Source: the human T2T-CHM13v2.0 reference genome, Homo sapiens
Length of the DNA stretch: 64,000 nt
NCBI RefSeq assembly: GCF_009914755.1
Contig: NC_060947.1
Direction: 5' to 3' (one strand)
The stretch's first letter is position 1; each line of letters starts with the position of its first letter. The position numbers and the translations under genes are program-made. A model generated the notes under the pieces. The model saw nothing but the letters and a program-made list of their open reading frames with translations. It did not search any database and was not told where the DNA came from. Shown here piece by piece: positions 34,515-49,440 of the stretch.

Positions 34515-37500
34515 TATATCAGATGTAGCAGTAGGAGATGAAGTGGCATAAGTTAAACATGATGAATACAGGCATGATAAAATAATATATTACATTTCTC
34601 CTCATTCCATAACATTATTTCCTATTAGTCTTCTATCATATTTGCAGACATTTTGGACTATCTTCTCTAAATGTTCTCTATTTTTTTTTGCAAACTATAT
34701 TAATCATATATTTCCCAAAGTGAAATATGGGTGGAAAAGTTCATTGTGAGCTTCAGCCTTTATTTTTTGGATATTTGCCAAAAGCCCTCCTTCCTAGAAT
34801 TTACATTCATACATTTGACATTGGCCAGAACATCTTTTTCAACATGAAAAGGCTTTTTCTTTCATTTTCTTTCATTTTTCTTTCTTTTTGTTTTCAGAGT
34901 ACAAAGAGTAAATCCATCTTTCTGAGTAAAATTTTATTACTTAATATGTAGAGATTCATTTGTCACATTAAGATTATGTTTTATTCTTTTAAAATTAAGA
35001 ATATAACAAATACCAGGATAGTCATATTGTGTGAACAGCATATATTCTTGTTGTAGAGGTACCCACATGAAAAGGCAATGTTTAATTAGAATGTTGCTTT
35101 TTTGGGAGCTTCAACTTTGAACAAGACAAGTTAGATCTAAGTGTGATCTAGAAGTGGTTATGTCTACATAGGCATAATTGGTTCTCACCCTTCTCCCACC
35201 TGGATGGATTTAGCAGTTTGACACATACCCAAAGAAGATCCATCTTTCCATTGCATTAACAAGAGCTAGATATTTAAAGAATATTTTATGAGGAGAGAGT
35301 TTTTAAATAAAAGGTTTATGTCATAAGCAAAGTAGTAAAGATTTACAAAATTCCATTTAAGAAAATCTCTGTTTTTTTTTTCCCCAAAGTTACGGTGTCT
35401 TATTTCTCCTCATCTTTTTTATCCTTCATGTAGCTTCTAAAATATTAGCTTATATTTCAGAGTAATATTGATCCTTCCTTTAGCTTGTATACTCAGCAAA
35501 ACAAAAGCCCAGTTATTGCTCCTGCAGTCAGATCTTGTATTATTTCTCAGATTTGCCTCTTGGTGTTTTTAAGTTCATTCAGCCACAAAGGACTCAAACA
35601 TGTAATGTCATTAGGTTAAAATTGCCTGATTTATTTATCTACACAACTCTCCTTGCCAACAGGACACACACACACAAAATCATACTTAGCATCTGCTAAT
35701 GGTCCCAAATCCTTCTTTGGAACATTTTAATGAACATCAACTGGCATTAGTCTCTGTGCCTTTCTTTTCTTTTTGCTCCCATTCCTTTAACTGAAATGCA
35801 CCATTTTAAATGTTTACACAGACAGAAAAATAATAGCTAGTATTTACTGTGAGACATTGGTAAGTGCCACAAGATGGTTTTTGAAATTTATAATCAGATA
35901 GTCTAATTTCAGAGCCCAGACTCCTAAATAAATGTTAGACCTTCCTTTCTAATCTTATTGATTAATGTCACAGAAAATCAAGCTAATTATTCAGGTTAGT
36001 AGTGATTTCATGTGCCCTTCATTCTATGTAGTTGAACAAAATATGTTATCATTCTATGTACAGTATTATGTATGCTAATTGTGTACATGACATAGAATAT
36101 TAATGTTGCAAATTTTGCCCATATGTTTCCCTCATATTAACAACTACTATTAGGTAGAGTTTATCCACTTTCACTTTTACATTGCTTAGTGTGTATGAAC
36201 TAAGAATCAAATGCAATTGTTAGTGCCAATTAAGGAGGGATGTTTTCCCTCAGTCTACCTTTATCATCCTTAAGAATGTGTCTTCTTCCATATTTTGTGC
36301 TTACAATATTTCATGTTTTAGCCTGATGGAATATAGTTTAAGATTAGTTACTTTTCAGAGAGAAAGAGAATATTATTTACAAAAGTTGTCTTCATCTTTA
36401 AATTTATTTCCAGTTCTGGCATTATTTTCTCAGAATACATTTCCAATATATATTTTATGGAAAACACATTTTTAAATAATGGTATCAGCCCCAACATAAT
36501 TTTTACAGGACATGTGGCATAAAAGTACAGGAACATGTTCAGTGCAACCTTTGGCTGTGCAGACCTAGGCTCTGAGGGAACAGGGTGTATGACTCCTCTT
36601 TATTATTAGTGCTGATAACATGTAAAAATGATTATTTCAAATTTGCTTGATAATAATGCTATTTAAATATAACTATCTTGAAAACTTACGGGAGATAACT
36701 GTATACCTTAAGATACCCTTAAACATATTATTTCTCTTGCAAACACTGGTAATTTAATTTTTCTATTTCAAGTAATGATTTCAATTAAGGGGAAAGTGAA
36801 ATACAAAGAATAGAAGTTCATTTGCTCCTTTATAATATTATTCAAGGTGCAACTGAGAACAAAAGTCTAAAACTCTTTTTTTTAAAATGCCATCTTGATT
36901 TTATTTAATTCTAAGAATGCAATTTTAAAATGTAACTACATATGGTGAATATGAATATTTTTCAATTAACTTTTTAAAAGAGAGAATATTTCACTGAATA
37001 ACAAATAAGCACATAGTTCTGGCTAATTTACGTAATTGTATGTGTTTGGTTGCCCAATATACACTATATTTGTGTTATTTAGAATAAATTACAAATATAC
37101 AATTCCTATATAGGCAGTTTATAATTTATATAAAGATTTTACATATGAACAGGCATCTAAAAGATAGCCACCAAATAATTTATAAAAAGAATTAAAGTAT
37201 TAAGCATGAGAAATATAAGGTGTTATACAGTCCTATTATAAAAGCTTACAGTAATCACATATTAGTAGCCCGATTTTTGACAGAATTCCCAGGCTTATGA
37301 TCTCCTTGCATGTCTAGTAGCATAATTTTAAATGCATGAAAGCTTTATTTTAGAGTTAGAAGCTGAAGGAGCTTATTGTAAGGATAATAGACTTAGGGAG
37401 AATTAAGGGTGCTTAGTTATACTTTGGAACTTGAAGAATCCATAGCTTTGATATACATTAGGATATATGACCCAACTATTATCTTCCAGGCATGACATAT

Positions 37501-38396
37501 GTGCTGGAAATAACAGAGTACTAGCAGAATGTGAGAATTGGTAGACATGAAGTATAAACCTGTCCAGTAATTCACTTTCTTGATGATGTGAAAAACAGAG
37601 TGATTGTGGTTTCCACAGACATGCAGAACTATGATAAGAAAATAAGAAATATTAGAGGAAAATATTATCCTCTAAAAACAAACAAACATCATAGAGAGTC
37701 TGGGCTTCGGGTCACAGCCTTTAGCCTTAAGACCAGACTTGTATAAAACCTAGAGTTAGGATTGTTAACCATTTTTTATGTGACTGACAACCAGCCTCTG
37801 AATGTGTTTTGCAATAGCAAAATATCTATCTGCTACTACTATCTGTGAATAATCCCTATGTGTGATTATTTTAATCACCCAAAATTACATATAGATAGAT
37901 GGATAGATATACATATTGCATTACTATATGAAAATAAAAATGCTGTCTTGAATTGCTGATTGGAAAACAAATATGCAGTTATCTCCATTAGGAATTTCAG
38001 GTTTTTAGCAACTGAAACATATTATTATAAACATGGGTTTCATGAAATTGCTCTTCTTGTGCTTTATGTTTGAATAAAATTGTATCTCTTAATTTGCTCA
38101 CCTTTTTCTTTAATAAATGCAATAAATAAATAATATCTGCAGAAACTTACATAATGTAGGTAATAATAGAAGTAAAATAACACAATTGAGACTCTCATTT
38201 TATGCCTCATAGTAGCCTTACAACCAGAACAAAAGCTTTCTAAAACAACTAGAAATTTCAGTTAACATACAATTAAATGCATAGATACATTTTTAATAAA
38301 CTGAAGAAAAAATTATATGGTATAAAAATGAAGAGGATCATGAAACTAGAGCAACAAGAAAGACTCACCCTTTCTGATATCATGTGCTGATATGAG

Positions 38397-39174
<778 letters not shown>

Positions 39175-39384
39175 TATGAATACATACGATTGTTGTGTCT
39201 TGATGGATTTTTGGGCCAGGAGATAAGGGCTTGAAACTGAGAAGAGTGGGAGTTAAAACTCAACCCTTACACACAGTAAGGCCCTATATCCTCAATGAAA
39301 TGGTAAACTAGGAATAATATGTTTGTCATCAAAGAAAGTCTTCGGTAAAACTTTTCTATATCTGCCTGGGGTCTAGGTATATAT

Positions 39385-39958
39385 GTATAGTAAGCAGAAT
39401 CTTAATGTGTCTCTCATGATCTCCACTCACTGATGCTATACCCATGATTATATTACACAGCAAATGGTATTTTGCAAATAAAAATAGGATTAATAAAAGG
39501 TTTAACTTACAATTGGATGGTTATCTGCTGCTTCAGTTTGTTGCATAAGGGAAAGTCATAGATATTTAAAGCATGAGAGGAATATGATGCATGGGAGGTT
39601 TTTTATTTCTGAGATGAAGGGCCATGTGGAAAGGACTTGAGAGAGGCCTCTAGTTGCTGACAGTCATCCCCAGTCAACAGGTAACATAAAAATAAAAACT
39701 TCTGTCCTACCACTTCAAGAAAACAAATTTTGCAAAAAATCTGATGGTGCTTACAAGTAGATCTTCCTTAATTGAGCCTTCAGATAAGACCATAGCCCAG
39801 CAGAAATTTTGACTTCAGTTTTTTAAGACTCTAAAAAGAGAATCCAGTGAAAACATGCTGGATTTTTGAAACATGGGAACTATGACAAAACAAACTTTTG
39901 TTATTTTAAGCCAGTAAGATTTTGGTAATTTTATATGCAGCAATATAAATCTAATACA
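39385..39958 (+). mobile_element. MLT1-type MaLR LTR
   Basis: MLT1-like 3' end ttttaagccagtaagattttggtaattttatatgcagcaatataaatctaataca. Confidence 0.7.
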
Positions 39959-39999
39959 CCTACTTACCTCAGTCATGAGAAAAGTGATTCCTGCATTTT

Positions 40000-41070
40000 C
40001 CTATGGGATAATATGGACATTAGTAAATAGTGTTTGGACAACTAGTTGACTTCATACCTCCTGTACATTAAGAAATATACCACTAGATGAAATATGTGAA
40101 TGCAACCAAAAAAAAAAAAGCCAATGCATGTATTAGGATAAAAATTTGTATAATCTTTTGTGGAAAAGGTCTTTCTAATTATGACACAGTATATTAAAAA
40201 AATCATAAATTAACTACATAAAAATAATGAAAATTGTTTTATGGTTAAAAAAAATACCCCACCAAAGCACACTAAAAAGATAAAATCTTTGTAAATTTTA
40301 TACCATAAGTTATCTATGTATCTATTATCTATCTGTCCATCCATCCATCTGTCCATCGATATGTCAGAGAAATAAAAAAAAACAGACACAACCCAGTAAA
40401 AATATAGGCAAATGGCATAAACCATTATAAAAAATGTGCAATCATCCCTTAAACATATAAAACAGTTGTGAAATTTTTATTGCTGGTATTGAAAGGTAAT
40501 TTAAAGCTTTATTGAAATAACCCTCTTATCTATGAGATTAACAAAAACACACAAGCTTGACAATACACAATGTTGTTGAAACTGTAGAAAAATAGGATCT
40601 TTCACACTGTTTTATGGGGCATAAAATGTTATGATCCCCTAGGAAACAATTTCAAAAGAACTGTCAAAATTGCAAATGCATTTACCCCAAATATTCTACA
40701 AGAATGCCTATAAAATACATATGAACCAGGTTTGTTATTGTAATAGCAAAATGGGAAAATTTGGGGAAAAAACCAACTGAACATCTATGGTATACTGGTT
40801 TAAAATTATAGTACATCCATATAATGCAGTTGCTAAAAAGAATAACAAATCTTACCATGTACTGTTGGGGATAAATACAAAATATGTTGTTCTACAGCAA
40901 AATGTATGTGAGAAATGGGGAAGAACAATTGTGTATTCATTTTGTGCTTGCCTTCTATAAGAAATTTTATAAGGAAATACAAAAACATTATTAAAAGCGG
41001 TTATCTATAGGGATTGAGAAATACTTTAGATGTGGAAAAGAAGGAAGCGTAGTAGTAGACATTTTGCTAC
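40000..41070 (+). mobile_element. Degenerate old L1M 3' fragment
   Basis: Motifs such as acaacccagtaaaaatataggcaaat and aaattatagtacatccatataatg. Confidence 0.5.
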
Positions 41071-41071
41071 C

Positions 41072-41820
41072 TGTATTAGTTTGTTCTCAAGTTGCTATAA
41101 AGAAATACCTGAGACTGGGTAATTTACAAAGAAAAGAGTTTTAATTGGTTCATGGTTCCAAAAGCTGTATAGAAAGCATGGAGGCTTCTGCTCAACTGGG
41201 CAGGCCTCACGGAGCTTTCAATCGTGGTGGAAGGCAAAGGGGAAGTGAGTCACTTCATATGGCCAGAGCAGGAGGAAAAGAAAGGCGGGGAGTTGCCACA
41301 CACTTTCAAACAACCATGTCTGGTGAGAAATGTATCACCAGAACAGCACCAAAGGGAAAACTCAACCCATAATCCAATCACTTCCCATCAGGCCCCACCT
41401 TCAACATTGAAGGTTACTATTCCACATGAACTTTGGGTGGGGACACAGATCCAAACCGTAACATTCCGCCCTTAGCTCCTCCCGAATCTCATGTCCTTTT
41501 AACATTGCAAAATCCAGTCATGCCTTCCTAACAGTCCCCCAAAGTCTTTACTCCTTCTAGCATTAATCCAGAGTCTAAAGTCTCATCTGAGACAAGGCTA
41601 ATCCTTTCACCTATGAACCTGTAAAAAATAAAAACAAGCTAGTTACTTCCAAGATACAATGGAGGAATGGGCATTGGGTAAAAATTTCCATTCCAAAAGG
41701 AAGAAATCAGTGAAAAGAAAGGGGTTACAGGCCCCATGCAAGTTCAAAACCCATCAGGGCAGTCATTAAATATTAAAGCTTTAAAATAATCTCCCTTGAC
41801 TTCATGTCTCACATGAAGCC
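41072..41820 (-). mobile_element. MST LTR (41072-41463) plus adjoining MaLR internal 3' end
   Basis: tgtattagtttgttctc..gctataaagaaatacctgagactgggtaa..gggacacagatccaaacc, then ttccgccc and internal sequence. Confidence 0.85.
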
Positions 41821-42624
41821 CTGTAAGATTGCTTAGCTTAGAGTCAGAGAAGTTAATGTCCTCAAGGGCAACTCTCAATCATCAGCAAAAAATTCTGAGG
41901 CATATTCCACACTGTGTCATAGAATTTTCAGCAGAAATAAGCCCTAGCTTCCCACATAAGTTATCAGCCCAATATGCACCATTTATTCTTTTATCATCCT
42001 TACCCCAAAATGCTATCATTTAATCCTCCTTCTTGTTTAATGAACTCAATTCCCATAATAAATTGCCTGCAGTGATTGACTTTTCTCCAGATCCACATTT
42101 AAACTATTAACAACAAATATTTCAGTGTATATAATTTTATATTGTTTTGATATTTTAACTATGTGACTATAATACCTATTTTTGAAAGTCTGAAATGCAA
42201 ATATTGGCTCTAATGTGGAGCTAACAGAGTTCTTAGAAATTCATTAGGGGAATTAAATTATTTATGAAAATTTTGAAAATAACTTGGCAAATTCTATTTA
42301 AGTGTAAGATATACATATCATCACAATTTCAGTCCTAGAGAGCCCTCACATACATGTTCAGGAATACATATTCAACAATGTCCATATCAGCATTTTGACA
42401 ATGACAAACAAGAGTAGCCTGAATGTACCATAGTCAACAAATTCTGGAACAGTCATAAAATTGAATTCTATTTAACAGTAAAAATGAAGGAACTAGTGCT
42501 GCAACTATAAATGTAGATGACTCTTAAAAACATTGCTATGTAAAAACATATTGCAGGAAAATTCACCAACCATTCTACACATTAAAAGTTAAAGCATGAA
42601 AAACATGCCACTTGTTGTTCAGGG

Positions 42625-44641
42625 TGTGAAAGGAAAATATCTTGGGCCCCAAAACTCGCTAAGCTAAAGGGAAGCAGCTGAGAACTGCTTAGGGCAAACC
42701 TGCTTCCGATTCGATTCAAAGTTATCCCTCCGTTCACTGAGATAAATCCTATCTGATTGCTTCCTTTGGAAAGGCTAGTCAGAAACTCAAAAGAATGCAA
42801 CTGTTTTTCTCTCACCTATCTGTAACCTGGAAGCCCCCTCCCCATTTCAAGTCTTCCTGGCTTTGCTTCCAGTTGTCACTTCTTTCCAGACAGAACCAAT
42901 GTACTTCTTACATATATTGCTTGATGTCTCCTATCTCGCTAAAATGTATAGAACCAAACTTTGCCCAACCACCTTGGACATATGTCATCAGGACTTCCTG
43001 AGGCTGTGTCATGGACATGCATCCTCAACCTTGGCAAAATAAACTTTCTAAATCAACTGAGACCTCTCTCAGATTTTCTGCATTCACATTTTGTTAACCA
43101 CGGCGGGGATTCTGAGTGGAGATGCCCCCGACCTTTGACAAATCTCTTACTGCCGCTTGATGAGCTAACTTTACGGCTCAAACCAATAGGAAACGTTGCT
43201 GAGGTCTGAGAGCAACCCCTCCAGACAATCCCTGATCTCCCCAAATTTGGTCAAGATCTAAAGTTTATTTTGCTGTACAACTCCACTTTTTTGGGGAGTT
43301 TTACTTGCTTTCAACACAAGGAAGGCAAGTTTTTCTGCTTCCATGATGATGAAAGGCAGGCAACACCTGTGTGGAGTTTGAGCTCGCTTCCAACAGGGAA
43401 GATGAGGGTGTGTGTGTGTGTGTGTGTGTGTGCTTCTAGGATGGTAGAGAGCAGGAGAGCAGGAGAGCAGTCTGGCAGTCTACAGCCTGAGACCCATCCC
43501 TAGGTAAGTAACTGAATTAGGGTTTGTTTTGGCTAAAGGTAAGATTGACCACCAGATGGTCTTAATTTCTCCTTACTATTAGAGCACTCAGCAATCATAT
43601 AAGTTGTGCAATCATTTGTATTGCTTACCTGTTTCTGTTGTTGTTGTTATTGTTGTTTGTTTGTTTCTGTTTTTGTTGTTATTTCAGTCTTTTTGATACT
43701 TGGTGCTTCTGAAATAGCAGCAATTTGTCCTAGCTGAAACATAGTACTGAGATTTTAAAATGTTTTTTAAAGGAGCTCAATGGTTAAAAGTCAGCTTAAT
43801 TAAAAGCTAGCATCCCAAGTGTGTATGTGTGCATGAGTGTGTTTGTATTTAAAAGGCCTTCATGTTTTTGTTTCTGTTTTTCTCTTTTAAGACCTTGTCT
43901 TTTTTTTTTTTTTTTGAGCAAAAGATTTTTTTCTTCTCAGTTGACTGAATTCTGTTTTCACCTGATTTTTTGACTAAAATAGTTATTGCAACAGGGGCTA
44001 CTCTTGGGTTTTTAATGAAGAGTGTACTTTAGACACTCAGAAATGTCTTTGTTAAAAAAATTAAGTGCACTGTAAAAGCGTCTCTAGCACCACCAGACTT
44101 TTTCTCTCTGTACCTTATAATGTAAATTTTGCTATTTAACTTTCACCTGAGTTGTTTCCTTTAATATGCAAATTTAAGGCTATTTAGCTAACAACCACCC
44201 AGTGTTGTAAAATAGGTTATCAAGAATCTAAAAGTCTAAGATAGAAAAAAAGGATCTTTATGAATCTATAATATGTGCTTTCATACGTCTATGTATTTAT
44301 GTGTTGTTTACACAATGTTTCACTGCTGAAAATATATAAAAGGCCTCTAATTAATTGGCTTAAAGAAAAATAAAAATGTTTAAATCAAATATTGTATCAG
44401 GAAAAAAGAAAAGACTAGTCAAATGCTTTTTCAAGTTTATGTAACTTAAGTCTTTAATAAATAAGCTAGCTTTAGAATGATTGGTAAAGTAATATTAGAA
44501 ATGTCTTAAGAATTGACACCATACATTTTTTGTTTGCATTTATTAATCAGGCAATTTCATACTTATTCCTGCCAAATACCATAAGGTGTCAAAATAAACT
44601 CTCTAAATTACCTGAGCCCTGTCTCAAAATTTGGGGTTTTG
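42625..44641 (+). mobile_element. MER4A-type provirus remnant: 5' LTR (42625-43088), internal sequence, last ~50 bp of the 3' LTR
   Basis: tgtgaaaggaaaatatcttggg start. The LTR 3' end motif caaaataaact.tctaaat recurs at ~44591. AGGG flanks both ends. Confidence 0.8.
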
Positions 44642-45078
44642 AGGGACACCTACAAGTGCAGTGAAATATGAAGAAAGTTATGTTAATGACAATCACCAAA
44701 TTATAGTGATCACTTCTAGAGAAAAGGGAAAGTAATAAACTGAAAAACATTTATACTATAAATTTCAACACCATTGCAAGATTTAATTTTTTAAGCTGAG
44801 TTGTATGTATAATGATATTCTTTATATTATTATTTATGTCTTCTATAGGCTTTGACTATTTCACGATCAATTCAAAAATTTAAAAATATGCAAAATGATT
44901 ATAGTAAATTTTTAAAGAATCTTTGCAGTAAGTATATTTCTGCCACTTTTTTGAAACTTTTCCTAAAGTTTTTTTCTTGTAACTTGTACCTTTTTGAGGA
45001 GCGTTTTCGAGGCAATATCCCTTTGCTGGAATACTAATTAGTGAGTATTTTATTCATTCTCATCTATCCATCTATAAT

Positions 45079-45452
45079 TGATATGGTTTAGATTTATGTT
45101 CCCACCCAAATCTCATGTCAAATTGTAATCCCCAATGTTGGAGAAATGGCCTGATAGGAGGTGATACAATCATGGGGGCAGATTTTTGCCCTTGCTGTTC
45201 TGTGATAGTGAGTGAGTTCTCATAAGATCTGGTTGTTTAAAAGCTTGTAGCACCTCTTTCCCACCTTCTTCCTGCTCTGTCCATGTAAGACATTCCTGCT
45301 TACCCTTCTGCCATAATTGAAAGTTTTCTGAAACTTCCCCAGTTATGCTTCCTATACAGCCCATGGAACTGTGAGCCAATTAAACCTCTTTTCTTTATAA
45401 ATTACCCAGTTTCAGATATTTATTTTTAGCAGTGTGAGAACAGACTAATACA
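45079..45452 (+). mobile_element. MSTA-type solo LTR
   Basis: tgatatggtttag..cagactaataca; TSD ATAAT/ATGAT. Confidence 0.88.
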
Positions 45453-46374
45453 ATGATAATAGAAATCTCTTCATCTATGAAATCTCCCCATATCTGATGA
45501 TATTAAGTAAAAATAGTTTAATCCATTTTTCGTAAGTTGCTATAAGTTTATTTTGAAAACCAAGTATTAGTTTCAGGCCATTTTCTGCCATATGCTTTCT
45601 ATAGAAAGAGCATTAAATAACTACATGTACAATGAGTAAATGATTGAAAACTTTTTATAGAGATATAACCAAGTCATTTCTTATTGTTAAGTATTGACAG
45701 TAAACAATTCTATAAATAATTACTATATAATAAAAAACTGAAGGAAAACTCAAAAGACTTTTTATTTATGTAAAAGAAGAATTTTAAAAATTTGTGGACA
45801 TGCTGTCTCATTGACCATAAACACTAAACAAAAGTTATTTCTTATTTTTAAATAATTTAACAGCTTTTTCAACCCACCATTTCTATTAGAATGCTAAATT
45901 TCTCAAAAATAGGAATAAATCAACATCAGAGTTTTATAAATCAACATCAGAGTTTTATAAATCAGAGTGTCTTGGTACTCTACAAATTAGTATGCTTAAT
46001 ATACAACTTGAAGTCCTTCAGAGAAAATATTAAACAGAAATGCCTTCTACCCAGTGATATGAATGTGCATTTGCAATAATAAAGAAGAGACTAAAAATTG
46101 TATAGCAATACCTAGTATCTGACCAATATATTATTTCATAAAAATAATAAAGTATCTTGCATCATACATGGAAGACAGTGACTTATTCCTGAATCTACTA
46201 TATCTACAGTCTTTCTTGTACCAAATATTTACTATAAGTACATACAACTATGGAAAATGCTATGCTATGCCTTTGAGAGGCAGAGTACTGTAGAAATCTA
46301 CACTTATTAAGAGCACAGTATTTTACTCTTTTCCCTTTTCTATGACATCTCTTCACTAGTCCCCTTCTTTCTAT

Positions 46375-46408
46375 GTGTGTGTGTGTGTGTGTGTGCGTGT
46401 GTGCGTGT
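46375..46408. repeat. (TG)n microsatellite
   Basis: Seen directly. Confidence 0.9.
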
Positions 46409-47898
46409 ATTTATTTTATTGTGTCTATTTCAGTCAGCTAGGCTTCAAATGTAATCATTGTCTATCACATGTTCAATTTATTTGAGGCGTGAAGTTTTCC
46501 CAGGACACTAAAGCAAGAGGCACCTTAGGAACTGAAGCAGAGTAACTAATGCAGAGTTCTCCTCAGACATCAGAAATAATTATGACATCGTAGTTTTATG
46601 TCAAACTATATAATAAAAAAATTAAAATCTTTTTCTGGACTGTCCTGGGTAGTGTTAACAACATGACAGCTATTCCCTCTGTACACACTTAGCTGAGCAG
46701 AACTAGTTGAAGCATTAATTGTTGTTATCACAGCAGCATGGTTAACATGCTCATAAATATTATCTTGGCAACAGATTAAAAATAAAAAGGCCAGAAATTA
46801 TGTTGTAAAAGTATTAACAATTTTAATAAGCCTAAAGGTGGTCAATCTGCCAACCGGGATATTACATCTTCAAATATATTCAAATACTAGTAATGGCATG
46901 GATATTTGGTACATTAAACAATCTAAATTTCACTTGGTTTACCATGTCAAATAGAAAATAAAAGAAATGAGTTATGTCTCCTCTATTTCCAGAAGAGGAT
47001 TGATGGAGCTACACTAGCCAGCAGATAATTTGCATGCAGCACCACTACCATCAGATTACAAAAAAAAAAAAAAAAAAAAAAAAAAACAAAAACCAGAAGC
47101 ATGATAATTAAAAGAGATCCAAGGATATCAATGACAATTATAAAATATTGTTTTAAAATATGCTGTTAAGGCTCCCCAGGTAATGGACTGCTTCCCTTAG
47201 TTTCTGGCAATTTACCAGAATGCATTCCAAAGCATTTGATAAACCGGTAGTGCAAAGTATGTTATTCCTAGACAGTTGAGAACTCAGTTAATTAGAGCCT
47301 CCAGAATAAATGGGTCCCTGAGTAGTTGCTTTGTAAACCTATTGTTATTAATCTGATCTTCCTTATAGCCACTTATACATTAAATTGCTTATATTTCATT
47401 GACGCTATCTATCTTGAATATTTTGGAGAGATAACTGTTCTATATGTATTATTATTAATTAAATATTATTCCATACATTTTCCTTTACAAATATCACTCC
47501 ATGTTAGATGTCACTAATTTAATAGCTTGGCAGTATAATTATATTGAGTTGAGGAATAAATACCACAAAATTTCTGATCAATCAACCTGAAAGTTCCATA
47601 AATGTCTTTGTCACTTATCAACAGTGAGAGTAGCTTAGTAATCACTTCTCTAAAATATGTTTTTATCTAAATTTATTTCCCTGCTCACTTTTTGCCCTCA
47701 ACCTTCATGTTTTATAGTTACAGATGACAGTTTGCAAAACAAATTTAAATTTATCCTATCAAAAAAATTGTAATTAATAATGAATGCTTACAATTTGTAT
47801 GGCATAATATTTATTGCTTTATGTGTGTTGTATCTCCTTTAGTCATCAACATAACTATATGAATTGTACTACACTTTACATATATTAAAAAATAGAAA

Positions 47899-48250
<352 letters not shown>

Positions 48251-48856
48251 TCACTAGTGCCAAAAACAGTAAAATGCTACTATTTTTAAAAAGCTTATTT
48301 CACCATGAGAGAGATAGAAACTCTATTCAAATACCATATTTACTGATACAAATAAAACAAAATAATTATTTTTTAGACATGAAGTTAAAAAATACTGTCA
48401 TGCCAAACCTCTATCATTTAATTTTAATTTGTTTTGCAGATATAGTTAGAAAAATAACTTAGAAAGAAAAAGAAGCCTATGCCAAATTTACTGGAAAAAT
48501 TCAGTGATGAGCTAAAAGTGATCCTGAATTACCCAGCACTTCAGTCCTATACAGAAAGCTATGTGTGTCACAGACAGCAGTATTATTTTTGGTAGTAAAG
48601 CTTAGCAAGCAGATAGGGTTATTATACAGAATACAAAATCAAAGCCAAGACCGTTAATTTAAAAAAAAATACATTTTGGCAAAAATGTGTAAATCTTTCC
48701 AAGCATTATTAATCAAATTATTAAACAGTACTAATGCTATTTATTATATCAGCAAGGAAGATATTTACAATGATTACTAAAATTCTAATGAAAAAGACCT
48801 ATTAGTCAGTCATCCTCCCTAGCACTTGCTTTAGAAAGTACAAATATGTAATATAG

Positions 48857-49165
48857 GCCAGGTGTAGTGGCTTATGCCTATCTTCCCAGCACTTTGGGTG
48901 GCCAATGTTGGAGGATCACTTGAGGTCATGAGTTAGAGACCAGCCTAGGAAACAAAGTGAGACTCTATCTCTGCAAAAAAATTTTAAAAATTAGCCAAGT
49001 GTGATGGCAAACACCTGTAATCCTAGATACTCAGGAGCCTGAGGTAGGAGAATTGCTTGAGCTCAGTAGTTCGAGGCTGCAGTAAGCCATAATGGCATGC
49101 CACTGCACTCCAGCCTGGGTGACAAAGCAAGACTTTGTCTCAAAAATGTATAATAATAATAATAC
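48857..49165 (+). mobile_element. AluJ
   Basis: Diverged dimer with J-type gttcgaggctgcagt. Confidence 0.85.
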
Positions 49166-49192
49166 AGGCTATTTTAAATGGCATTGAAACAG

Positions 49193-49379
49193 ACACACAC
49201 ACACACACACACACACACATATGTTGTAAGGTTAAGTTTGATTTTAATATTTCATTATTGGGAATAAAAAAATTTTAAAGCATGTATTAATTTACCCAGG
49301 AAATGTATTAATTTTATATAACACAGTCATCATTCAATTACAAATATATAAATCAGTAGAGAAACCAAGATTGCAGGTG

Positions 49380-49423
<44 letters not shown>

Positions 49424-49440
49424 GTGTGTGTGTGTATATA
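49193..49440. repeat. Two (CA)n microsatellites (49193-49219 and 49382-49420), the second followed by (TG)n
   Basis: Seen directly. Confidence 0.9.
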
